Shown: positions 1 to 11,927 of the stretch, piece by piece
Layout of the letters: each line of letters starts with the position of its first letter
Position numbering within the stretch: position 1 is the first letter of the stretch
DNA from: Actinomycetota bacterium
GTDB taxonomy: Bacteria > Actinomycetota > Acidimicrobiia > IMCC26256 > VFJJ01
Length of the DNA stretch: 46,770 nucleotides
Assembly (NCBI GenBank): GCA_009886115.1
Contig: VFJJ01000066.1
Location: 1-46,770 of the forward strand
Direction of reading: 5' to 3'
Translations under genes and position numbers: made by a program
Notes under the pieces: generated by a model
Told to the model about the DNA's origin: nothing
Databases searched by the model: none
The model's input: only the letters and a program-made list of their open reading frames with translations

Positions 1-1066
<1,066 letters not shown>

Positions 1067-1105
1067 CGGAGCTCACGCTAGTCGCAACATGAGCAACATT
1101 GGTAG

Positions 1106-1138
1106 TCATCCACAACTTTGTTCACAGGCTGTTGACAA
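1106..1138. promoter_or_regulatory. Cluster of three DnaA-box-like 9-mers
   Basis: TCATCCACA (1106-1114), TTGTTCACA (1118-1126) and reverse-strand TTGTCAACA (1130-1138). Each is one mismatch from TT(A/G)TCCACA, with 3-bp spacers. Confidence 0.6.
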
Positions 1139-1185
1139 CCGCCGGGGTAGGGTCGACGTGTCCCCGGGGAGCAGGAGCCGCTGCG

Positions 1186-1620
1186 ATGAGCCGAACGCCC
1201 AAGGTGATCACCGACCGGGGCTTCGCTGTGCGCATCGGGATCGTCAGCGCGATCTTCGCCCTCGGCATCTCGCTGGCGGTCATCGCCATGGGCTTCGACA
1301 GCGTGCAGGTCACGCTGCCCGACGAGGTGCAGCAGGTGTTCCCGACGCCCAACTCGATCGCACTCCCCCAAGCGGCGATCGGCGTCGACCTCGACGACGC
1401 CTACACCGGCGTCCTCATCCTCGACGGGGTCGAGCTCCCCGAAGACCAGTACGTGCGCATCCTGGAGCTCGGACAGCTGCAGTGGATGCCCGGTGACGGC
1501 CAGGAGTTCGACGAGCTCGACGCCGTGAACCATTCCGTGACGGTCGTGTACTGGCTTCGAACCGAGACCCGCGAGGCCGGCAACGAACGCTTCCGCTGGA
1601 CCTTCCAGACCAAGGCCTGA
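1186..1620 (+). CDS. Hypothetical membrane-anchored protein (N-terminal TM helix plus probable Ig-like beta domain)
   Basis: Part of ORF 1099..1620; ATG 1186 follows a GGAG. Hydrophobic FAVRIGIVSAIFALGISLAVIAMGF is followed by a beta-rich domain ending FRWTF. Confidence 0.75.
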   Translation: MSRTPKVITDRGFAVRIGIVSAIFALGISLAVIAMGFDSVQVTLPDEVQQVFPTPNSIALPQAAIGVDLDDAYTGVLILDGVELPEDQYVRILELGQLQWMPGDGQEFDELDAVNHSVTVVYWLRTETREAGNERFRWTFQTKA

Positions 1621-1658
1621 CGACGCGACGGGGCGTCTCCACGGTCCCGCACCACCGT

Positions 1659-4651
<2,993 letters not shown>

Positions 4652-4720
4652 GCGAGCGGCGCAAGCCACGAGGTCGAGGGCGCTTCGGGGCACGGCTGGA
4701 GCCCTCCGTAGGATGATCGC

Positions 4721-5590
4721 ATGCGTCGAGACCCCCTGCTGTGGGCTGCCCGGGTGGTCTGGGCGCTCCAGCCGGTCACGATGGGCTCGGCCCTGAGCGA
4801 CGCCATCGCCGACTGGGGCGACTGCCCGCGGGCGACGGCCGCCGTGCTCGTCTGGGCGGCCTGGGTGGTGGGCCTGATCGGGGTGCTCCGCCCGTCGCCG
4901 GCAGGACTCACCGTCGCTCGCACCGGCTCCGGGCTGGCACTGGTGGTCGCGGCGATCGTCGCGTTCGGCGACGTGAGCACCGGTGCTGCCGCGCTCGGCC
5001 TCGCCGGAGCGGCACTGGCCTTGGCCGTGGTGGCCCAGCCCGGTTTCGCCGATCGTTGCATCGACGCCGCGTCGTACGGCGACGAGCGCCGGTTCTGCCT
5101 GCGGATGCCCCCGGCGCTGATGCTCGGACCCGTGCCCGTGGCCGTGCTCGTGGTCGGTGCCGGGATCGCCAGCGGACCGCTGCTGCTCGCCGATCGCCGG
5201 TGGATCGCTGGGGCCGTCGTCACGGTCGTCGGCGCCACGCTGGCCGTCGGTGCTTCGCGTTCGCTGCACTCCCTCGCCCAGCGGTTCGTGGTGCTCGTCC
5301 CCAATGGGCTCGCCATCCACGATCCGACCGGGCTGGGCGATACGACGCTCTTCCTGCGCCAGGTGATCCTCCGCCTCGGGCCCGCCGATCTCCACGACAC
5401 GGGAACCGACCTCAGGGCCGGCGCGGTGTCGGGCGCACTGCTGCTGGAGCTCCGTGAGCCCTTGCGGCTCTTGAGGTCGACGGGGCGACGCCGCAGCGAG
5501 GTGACCGAGACCGACCGCATCCTGTTCACGCCCACGCTGGCCGGGACGTTGCTCGCCCGCGCCGGCGAGCGCAAGATCACCGTGGCTTGA
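4721..5590 (+). CDS. Hypothetical multi-pass membrane protein
   Basis: 289-aa ORF with about six hydrophobic segments. It fills the gap between minus-strand genes, and TAGGAT lies 6 nt upstream of the ATG. Confidence 0.75.
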   Translation: MRRDPLLWAARVVWALQPVTMGSALSDAIADWGDCPRATAAVLVWAAWVVGLIGVLRPSPAGLTVARTGSGLALVVAAIVAFGDVSTGAAALGLAGAALALAVVAQPGFADRCIDAASYGDERRFCLRMPPALMLGPVPVAVLVVGAGIASGPLLLADRRWIAGAVVTVVGATLAVGASRSLHSLAQRFVVLVPNGLAIHDPTGLGDTTLFLRQVILRLGPADLHDTGTDLRAGAVSGALLLELREPLRLLRSTGRRRSEVTETDRILFTPTLAGTLLARAGERKITVA

Positions 5591-5594
5591 ACGC

Positions 5595-7499
5595 TCACAG
5601 CGGGGGCGGGCTCCCGTGGTGGCGGTGCAGGAAGTCGAGAACGACCTCGACCTGACGGATCGACTCGTCGACCACCAACGAGCCGTGGCCCGCGTCGTAG
5701 CGGTACACCTCGTACGCCTTTGCCTTGTCGCGCAAGGCTTCGAGGTAGTTGCCGATCTGACGGATCGGGCAGCGGGGATCGTTCTCGCCCGCGAGCACCA
5801 GCACCGGCACGGTGACGTCGTCGACGAACGTGATCGGCGAACGCGCTCGGTACGCGTCGGGGACCTCAGCGGGCGAACCGCCGAACAGGGCCCGGTCGTA
5901 GGCCTTGAGCGGCTCCATCTCGTCCTCGAACGCGGCGACGTAGTCGGCGACCGGCACCACGGCGACTCCCAGCGACCACGCCGCGGGCTGCGTCCCGAGA
6001 CCGAGCAGCGTGAGGTAGCCGCCCCACGACCGGCCCGACAGCACCAGCCGCTCGGGGTCGGCCACGCCCGCCGTCACGAGGTGGTCGCGCAGCGCGAGCA
6101 GGTCTTCGAGCTCGGTGAGGCCGGGATTGCCGACGATCGCGTCGCGCCAGGCCTTGCCGTAGCCGTCGCTGCCCCGGTAGTTGACGAGCACCACCGTCCA
6201 GCCGTGGTCGACCCAGGCCTGCGCTCGCGGATGGAAGGCGTCGACGTCGTGGGCCTCGGGTCCGCCGTGGATGTCGAAGATCGTCGGCTGGGGTCCGGCG
6301 CCGTCGGAGTGCGGCGACGGCTCGAGCACGAAGGCCTGGATCGACCCGGCGGGGCCCTCCACCGTGACCGACCGACACGGCACGCCCCGGGGCGCGGCCT
6401 GGCCGTCCGGCTCGATCAGCGTCGTATCGGACACCCCGCCAGCCGCGTCGAACGAGGCGATCGCCCTGATCTGCCAAGGGTTCGCGGCATCCGACCACTG
6501 GTACCAGAGCTCCCCGTCGGGCCTCACGGCTGCCGCGGTCACCGAGCCGGCCGGGGTGGCGATCGGCTCGAGAGGACGGCCTCCGCGACCTCCGCGACCG
6601 GGCCCGGTCGGGTCGTCGAGGGGCAGGCGGTAGAGCTCGCTGCGCCCGAGATGGTCGTGGGTCACCAGCAGCGCCGCACCGTCGGGGAACCACGACACCC
6701 ACACCTCACCCGGGAGATCGACCTGAATCTCCGTGACGGCGCCCGTCCGCGGGTGCCACAGCAGCGGACGGGGCTGGTCGCTCCGATCGTGCACGACCAG
6801 CAGGCGCTCGTCTCCGGGGACGGGTGACCATTCGACGGGCGCCAAGCCCCGGCCGGGACCGTCCCACAGCTCACCCACGATCGCGCCCGGCTCGGCCGTG
6901 GTGCGCCCGTCATCGCCGCGGTCGCCGCCGACGCTCACGACGCGCAGCGCGCGGTTGCGGGCGTCGCCGTGCTCGGAATGGGCGATGACCACCAGGCGCT
7001 CGGCGCGATCGAGGGGACCCACGTGGGCATCCTGGGGATGCCGATAAAGCTCGGTGGTCGCGCCGTCTGACGAGTGACCCTCGATCAGGACGACCGTCGA
7101 CCCGCTCTTGGTCGAGGTCCCGACGACCGTTCGGTTGGCCCCGAGCGCCAGACCCGCCTGGTAGCCCACGGGCACGGCGTCGGGCACGGCAGGGGCCGGG
7201 GCTCCACCCGAGAACGGCTCGACCCGCCAGCGACCGAGCTCGTTACCGTGATCGTCGTCGAACCACCAGACGAGCGTGCCGGACGGGTCGAGCTCGCCCG
7301 AGGTGGTCCCGAACCGGCGGCTCGTGACCTGGCGGTGGGTTCCCGCACGCCGGTCCCAGGCGTAGAGCTCGGTCACGCCGCTGCCGTTCGAGCGATACAG
7401 GCACCGCTCGGGCTCGTCGCGCGCCCAGATCGGAAGCGAGATCCGGGTGGCCCGGAAGCGCCGTCGCCAGGGTGCCTCGTCCACGGATGCCTGGTTCAC
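5595..7499 (-). CDS. S9 family peptidase (prolyl oligopeptidase/acylaminoacyl peptidase)
   Basis: IHGGP, NYRGSDGYG, GRSWGG nucleophile, ENDPRC and AGHG triad motifs, with a beta-propeller N-terminus. GTG 7499 overlaps the upstream stop (GTGA). Confidence 0.92.
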   Translation of the reverse strand: MNQASVDEAPWRRRFRATRISLPIWARDEPERCLYRSNGSGVTELYAWDRRAGTHRQVTSRRFGTTSGELDPSGTLVWWFDDDHGNELGRWRVEPFSGGAPAPAVPDAVPVGYQAGLALGANRTVVGTSTKSGSTVVLIEGHSSDGATTELYRHPQDAHVGPLDRAERLVVIAHSEHGDARNRALRVVSVGGDRGDDGRTTAEPGAIVGELWDGPGRGLAPVEWSPVPGDERLLVVHDRSDQPRPLLWHPRTGAVTEIQVDLPGEVWVSWFPDGAALLVTHDHLGRSELYRLPLDDPTGPGRGGRGGRPLEPIATPAGSVTAAAVRPDGELWYQWSDAANPWQIRAIASFDAAGGVSDTTLIEPDGQAAPRGVPCRSVTVEGPAGSIQAFVLEPSPHSDGAGPQPTIFDIHGGPEAHDVDAFHPRAQAWVDHGWTVVLVNYRGSDGYGKAWRDAIVGNPGLTELEDLLALRDHLVTAGVADPERLVLSGRSWGGYLTLLGLGTQPAAWSLGVAVVPVADYVAAFEDEMEPLKAYDRALFGGSPAEVPDAYRARSPITFVDDVTVPVLVLAGENDPRCPIRQIGNYLEALRDKAKAYEVYRYDAGHGSLVVDESIRQVEVVLDFLHRHHGSPPPL

Positions 7500-8704
7500 G
7501 GGCGCGACCCCGTGAACGACAGGGCCACACGGGTGTGCAGCGCCGCTCCGGTGATCATCGCCCGCTCGTCCATCACCATGCGGTTGCTGTGGATCGGGGC
7601 GGGATCGCTCACCCCCGGAGGCGCCGCGCCCAGGAACACCATCGCCCCGGGGACCCGTTGCAGAACGTAGGAGAAGTCCTCGGCGCCCATGACCGGGTTG
7701 CGCATCAGGTGCGAACGGTCGGGCCCCAACAGCTCGCCGGCCAGGTCGAGGACCCAGGTCGCGAACTCGTCGTCGTTGACCGTGACCGGATAGCCCTGCG
7801 GCAGGTCGACCTCGGCCGTCGCCCCGTGCGCCGCGCACACGCCGTCGGCGACGCGCCGGATCCCGTCGAGCATCTTCTCGCGAGTCGACTCCGACAGCGT
7901 GCGCAGCGTGCCGAGCAGATGCGCCGCCTCGGGGATCACGTTGTCGGTGGTGCCGCTGGTGATCTTGGCGATCGTGAGCACCGCCGGATCGAAGATGTCG
8001 ATCCGGCGGGTGACGAGCGACTGCAGGGCCAGCACGAGCTCGCAGGCGACCGGGATCGGGTCGAGGGCGTTGGCCGGCCAGGAGGCATGACCGCCCCGGC
8101 CCCGCACGGTGATGTTCACCGTGTTCGTGGACGCGAGCTGGGGGCCGGGCCGGGTGAACACCGATCCGGACGGCATCGAAGGCGTGACGTGGATGGCGAA
8201 GGCGCCGTCGATCGGGGGCCCGTCGAGGAGTCCTTCGTCGATCATGAAGCGAGCGCCGTGATGGCCCTCCTCGCCGGGCTGGAACATGAACCTGACCCGG
8301 CCCGCCAGCGCGCCGCGGCGGGAGCACAGCATGCGAGCCGCCCCGACGAGCATGGCGACGTGACTGTCGTGTCCGCAGGCATGCATGGCCCCGTCGACCG
8401 TCGACGAAAACTCGAGCCCGGTGTCCTCGGGCATCGGGAGCGCGTCCATGTCGCCCCGCAACAAGACGCTCCGACCCGGGTCCGACCCCGCCGAGCGGGC
8501 GGAGGCCTCGCCGTGGAGCGTGGCCACCACCGACGTGGTCGAGCGGCCGGTGGTGATCTCGAGCGGCAACCCGTCGAGCGCGTCGAGGATCTTCTCCTGG
8601 GTACGCGGCAGCTGGAGGCCCACCTCGGGCTCACGATGGATGCGCCGGCGCAGCTCGACCATGTCGCCGAAGAGCTCCTCGGCCTGGGTCAGCAGCTCGC
8701 TCAC
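7496..8704 (-). CDS. M20 family amidohydrolase (hippurate hydrolase-like)
   Basis: RRRIHREPE, RGDMDALP, MHACGHD, FQPGEEG, GRGGHAS and GAEDF. Confidence 0.94.
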   Translation of the reverse strand: MSELLTQAEELFGDMVELRRRIHREPEVGLQLPRTQEKILDALDGLPLEITTGRSTTSVVATLHGEASARSAGSDPGRSVLLRGDMDALPMPEDTGLEFSSTVDGAMHACGHDSHVAMLVGAARMLCSRRGALAGRVRFMFQPGEEGHHGARFMIDEGLLDGPPIDGAFAIHVTPSMPSGSVFTRPGPQLASTNTVNITVRGRGGHASWPANALDPIPVACELVLALQSLVTRRIDIFDPAVLTIAKITSGTTDNVIPEAAHLLGTLRTLSESTREKMLDGIRRVADGVCAAHGATAEVDLPQGYPVTVNDDEFATWVLDLAGELLGPDRSHLMRNPVMGAEDFSYVLQRVPGAMVFLGAAPPGVSDPAPIHSNRMVMDERAMITGAALHTRVALSFTGSRP

Positions 8705-9810
8705 CGGCTCTCCTGCCGGGCGATCCCGCCGCCGAGCAATCGGTCACCGTCGTAGAAGGCGACGACCTGGCCGGGCGCGATGCGAGGCTGGGGCTCGTCG
8801 AAGGACACCACGACATGATCGGCGCCAGTGTCGACAGCGCTGGTGTCCGTGGACGTGTCGACGGCATCGAGGGGTGGGACGTCGATCCGAGCCGGGACCG
8901 GCACGCCGTGGGCTCGCGCCTGCACCTCGACGCGGGTGCCGCTGGCGAGCGGTAGCCCGTCGACGAAGCGAAGGGCGCCGACCTTCACCGACGGGACGAG
9001 CAAGCGGCGCTTGGGTCCGATGACGACGGTCCGCTCGGCGGGGAGCACGTCGACCACGTACCGACGCTCACCCTGGGCGACGGCGAGACCCCGACGCTGC
9101 CCGATGGTGACGGTCGCGATCCCGGCGTGAGTGCCGACCACCGCTCCGGTCTCACCGTCGACCACGGGTCCCGCTTCGAGCACCCCGCGATCGGCCAGGA
9201 ACCGTTCGCGGCCGCCCTTGGTGATGAAGCAGACATCCATGCTCTCGGCCTTGTCGGCGGTGCGCAGGCCCAGGCGCCGGGCGTGCTCGCGCACGGCGGC
9301 CTTGGTGAGGTGACCCACCGGGAAGAGCGTCAGCGCCAGCTCGGCCTGACCCAGCATGTAGAGCACGTAGCTCTGGTCCTTGGCCGCGTCGACGGCCCGG
9401 TGCAGCGCGAGCCGTCCCGTGGCGCCGTCGACGATCCGGCGGACGTGATGGCCTGTCGCCACGGCGTCGAATCCCAGTTCCGTGGCTCGCGTGAGCAACC
9501 GGTCGAACTTCATGTGGTCGTTGCATGCCACGCAGGGGTTCGGGGTGGTGCCCGCCGCGTACGCGGCCACGTACGGGTCGACGACCCGGGCCTCGAAGTC
9601 GTCGGCGAAGTTGAACACGTAGTGGGGCATGCCGAGCTGGGCTGCGACCCGCCGGGCGTCCTCGACATCGGAGACCGAGCAGCAACCCGAGTCGGATGCC
9701 CCACCCCAGAGCTTGAGCGTGACCCCGGTGACCTCGTGTCCCGCCTTGACGAGCAGCGCCGCAGCGACCGACGAGTCGACGCCACCGCTCATCGCCACGA
9801 GCACGTTCAC
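8701..9810 (-). CDS. mnmA: tRNA 2-thiouridine(34) synthase
   Basis: AMSGGVDSS PP-loop, TPNPCVACN, ATGH, KDQSY, ESMDVCF, TIGQRRG and PGQ. GTG 9810 overlaps the desulfurase stop. Confidence 0.96.
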   Translation of the reverse strand: MNVLVAMSGGVDSSVAAALLVKAGHEVTGVTLKLWGGASDSGCCSVSDVEDARRVAAQLGMPHYVFNFADDFEARVVDPYVAAYAAGTTPNPCVACNDHMKFDRLLTRATELGFDAVATGHHVRRIVDGATGRLALHRAVDAAKDQSYVLYMLGQAELALTLFPVGHLTKAAVREHARRLGLRTADKAESMDVCFITKGGRERFLADRGVLEAGPVVDGETGAVVGTHAGIATVTIGQRRGLAVAQGERRYVVDVLPAERTVVIGPKRRLLVPSVKVGALRFVDGLPLASGTRVEVQARAHGVPVPARIDVPPLDAVDTSTDTSAVDTGADHVVVSFDEPQPRIAPGQVVAFYDGDRLLGGGIARQESR

Positions 9811-11063
9811 GACGGGCCCCGGCCCGGCGATCTCGGGGCGCCGCGACCAGCCCGGGCCCGGGACCGCTCCCTCGTCCGGCTCGCCGAGCGCGCTCGCGAC
9901 CCATCCCGGAGCTGAGCCACCGCAGCCGGGATCGCTTCGAGCGCACGGTCGACGTCGGCGTCGGTCGTCGACCAGCCCAGGCTCAACCGTATGGCCGAGA
10001 GCGCCGCCTCCTTGGGGAAACCCATCGCCAGCAAGACGTGCGACGGGTCCATCGAGCCCGACTGGCATGACGAGCCGGCCGACGCGCACACGCCGTCGCG
10101 GTCGAGCAGGAGGAGCAGTGACTCGGCCTCGACCTTGGGAAACGTGAGGTGGCATGTACCGGCCACCATGGGAGCGCCCGCGGCCGTGGGCCGGGCGTCG
10201 GGGATCGCACTGATCAGGCCGTCGCGAAGGCGATCGCGCAACCCGCCGATGCGGGCCACGTCGTCGGCGCGGCGTTCGACGACGACCCGCAGCGCAGCGG
10301 CCATCCCCACGATCCCGGCGACGTTCACCGTGCCGCTGCGGAGGTTGCGCTCCTGCCCGCCGCCGTCGATGACCGCCTGGAGCTGCGTACCCCTGCGCAC
10401 CACGAGCACCCCGACACCCTTGGGACCCCCGACCTTGTGGGCCGAGATGGCGACCAGGTCAGCGACGGCGGCGTCGCGGGCGACGTCGGCCCAGGCCATC
10501 GCCTGCACGGAGTCGGTGTGCAGCACGGCTCGGGGCGAGCGCTCGCGGACGAGAGCGGCGATCTCGGCGAGAGGCGCCACGGTGCCCACCTCGTTGTTGA
10601 CGAGCATCGTCGAGACGACGACGGTCCGCTCGTCGAGCGCCTCGGCCAGAGCCGCCAGGTCGATCACGCCGTCGGGCGTGACGCTCACCTCGCGGAGGCG
10701 GAAGCCGTCGCGCTCGAGTCGAGTGCCGGAGTGCAAGACGGCGTGGTGCTCGAAGGCGGTGACGACCACACCATCTCCGTTGCCGCCCAGACGGGCAGCC
10801 AGCGCGGCGCCCTTGACGGCCAGGTTGTCGGCCTCGGTCCCGCCGCCGGTGAAGACGATCTCGGCCGGCTGGCAGCCGAGCGCTGCCGCGGTGATCTCAC
10901 GGGCCTCTTCGAGCGCTGTCTTGGCCGTCCGGGCGATCGAGTGCATGCCGGAGGCGTTGCCGTGGTGCTCGGCGAGAAAGGGCAGCATCGCCTCGAGCGC
11001 CTCGGGCCGCAGGGGCGTGGTCGCAGCATGGTCGAGATAGACGACGGGGCGACCGGAGGGCAT
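9807..11063 (-). CDS. iscS: Cysteine desulfurase (IscS/NifS class I)
   Basis: YLDHAATT, GGGTEADN, EHHAV, VNNEVG, SAHK PLP lysine, RSGT and SAGSSC catalytic Cys. Directly upstream of mnmA. Confidence 0.93.
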   Translation of the reverse strand: MPSGRPVVYLDHAATTPLRPEALEAMLPFLAEHHGNASGMHSIARTAKTALEEAREITAAALGCQPAEIVFTGGGTEADNLAVKGAALAARLGGNGDGVVVTAFEHHAVLHSGTRLERDGFRLREVSVTPDGVIDLAALAEALDERTVVVSTMLVNNEVGTVAPLAEIAALVRERSPRAVLHTDSVQAMAWADVARDAAVADLVAISAHKVGGPKGVGVLVVRRGTQLQAVIDGGGQERNLRSGTVNVAGIVGMAAALRVVVERRADDVARIGGLRDRLRDGLISAIPDARPTAAGAPMVAGTCHLTFPKVEAESLLLLLDRDGVCASAGSSCQSGSMDPSHVLLAMGFPKEAALSAIRLSLGWSTTDADVDRALEAIPAAVAQLRDGSRARSASRTRERSRARAGRGAPRSPGRGPS

Positions 11064-11151
11064 CTGGGGAAGTGTACCGACGGGTGCCGGCGGGCCCGAC
11101 GGCCAGCCTGGTCAACCCTGTCGTGCCAGACTCCTGGCCCGGCCCGGCCAG

Positions 11152-11310
11152 GTGGGCCGAGGAGGTGCATCGAAGGTTCCCACCGACGTCACCGAGGATG
11201 TCGTTCGTGCGGTCGTGCTCCCCCACGGGCTCGTCGACGTAAAGGTCTGTGCAAACGACGACGTGTGGTCGGGCCTCAAGCTGATGTGGCGCAATGAGCG
11301 GCGTCGCTGA
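11152..11310 (+). pseudogene. C-terminal remnant of a DUF3052-like gene
   Basis: Manual translation ASKVPTDVTEDVVRAVVLPHGLVDVKVCANDDVWSGLKLMWRNERRR* resembles the DUF3052 C-terminus as I recall it (GLVDVKVCA...WSGLKL). The N-terminal half is missing. Confidence 0.7.
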
Positions 11311-11404
11311 GCTGCCGCGCTCCCGCGGTCTGCGCGGTCTGACCTGCTGAAATGCCCCGGGGACTCGATCCTCGAGGTGCCGAGCGCCCTGCTCCGGGGG
11401 TTTC

Positions 11405-11426
11405 TGTCGTACCCCCCTGTCATGCT
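11405..11426 (+). promoter_or_regulatory. RecA-NDp/PafBC-like DNA-damage promoter
   Basis: TGTCGT-N10-CATGCT versus consensus TGTCGG-N10-TA-N3-T. It ends 6 nt before ATG 11433. Confidence 0.55.
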
Positions 11427-11432
11427 CGATCC

Positions 11433-11702
11433 ATGAGCGCACAGCCTGCACATGCAGCACCCGATCAGGCCCCTTCCGCCGACACCGAGCCCTTCACTGC
11501 CAGCCCCGCCGGCCGCCAACTCGTCCTCCTCGAAGGCGGCGAAGCCACGCTGTGGTCGTTGAGCCCTCGCACCCGAGCCGTCGGCAAGCGGGGCATCGCC
11601 GAAGCCCGAGCGGTCCTCGCCCGATCGAGCCGGGTCGCTCTGGGCGCCCCGCTCGAAGCTCCCGACGTGGCCGCACGCCCCAGCGAACGCAAGGCCGGCT
11701 GA
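11433..11702 (+). CDS. Small hypothetical protein (89 aa)
   Basis: Part of ORF 11352..11702 with RQLVLL...WSLSPRTRAVGKRGIAEARAVL amphipathic helix. The promoter is spaced for a leaderless ATG. Confidence 0.65.
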   Translation: MSAQPAHAAPDQAPSADTEPFTASPAGRQLVLLEGGEATLWSLSPRTRAVGKRGIAEARAVLARSSRVALGAPLEAPDVAARPSERKAG

Positions 11703-11927
11703 GATGGCCGAGTTCGAGGTACTCGATCTGATCCGGTCCCTCCGTCCACTTGCGTGGCCTGCGTTCGTTCTCGCGGCGGTGGGCGGCTGGGCCTGGCTGC
11801 TGCGAACCACGTCAGATCCCATCTCCGACGGAGCCGGCCCGGCTGAGAGCGGCACCCGGGGTGTCCTCTACGCTCGCAGGCAACCACTCGTGGCTCCCTG
11901 CACGCCCCCATCCGGCCGGAGGATCCC

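Noticed and set aside
1081..1140. oriC
   Set aside because: Only three boxes, no extended AT-rich unwinding element and no dnaA/dnaN context; kept only as a regulatory candidate.
5595..8327. N-terminal extensions of the ORFs for the S9 peptidase, MnmA (to 10155), MetE-like protein (to 5395) and methyltransferase (from 34557)
   Set aside because: The extensions overlap other well-supported genes; starts were reassigned using stop/start overlaps, motifs and promoter spacing.
11064..11927. Possible SAM-IV or cobalamin riboswitch upstream of iscS or the mutase
   Set aside because: No conserved riboswitch core was recognised and the space is explained by a gene relic and a small ORF. An Infernal/Rfam scan would settle it.
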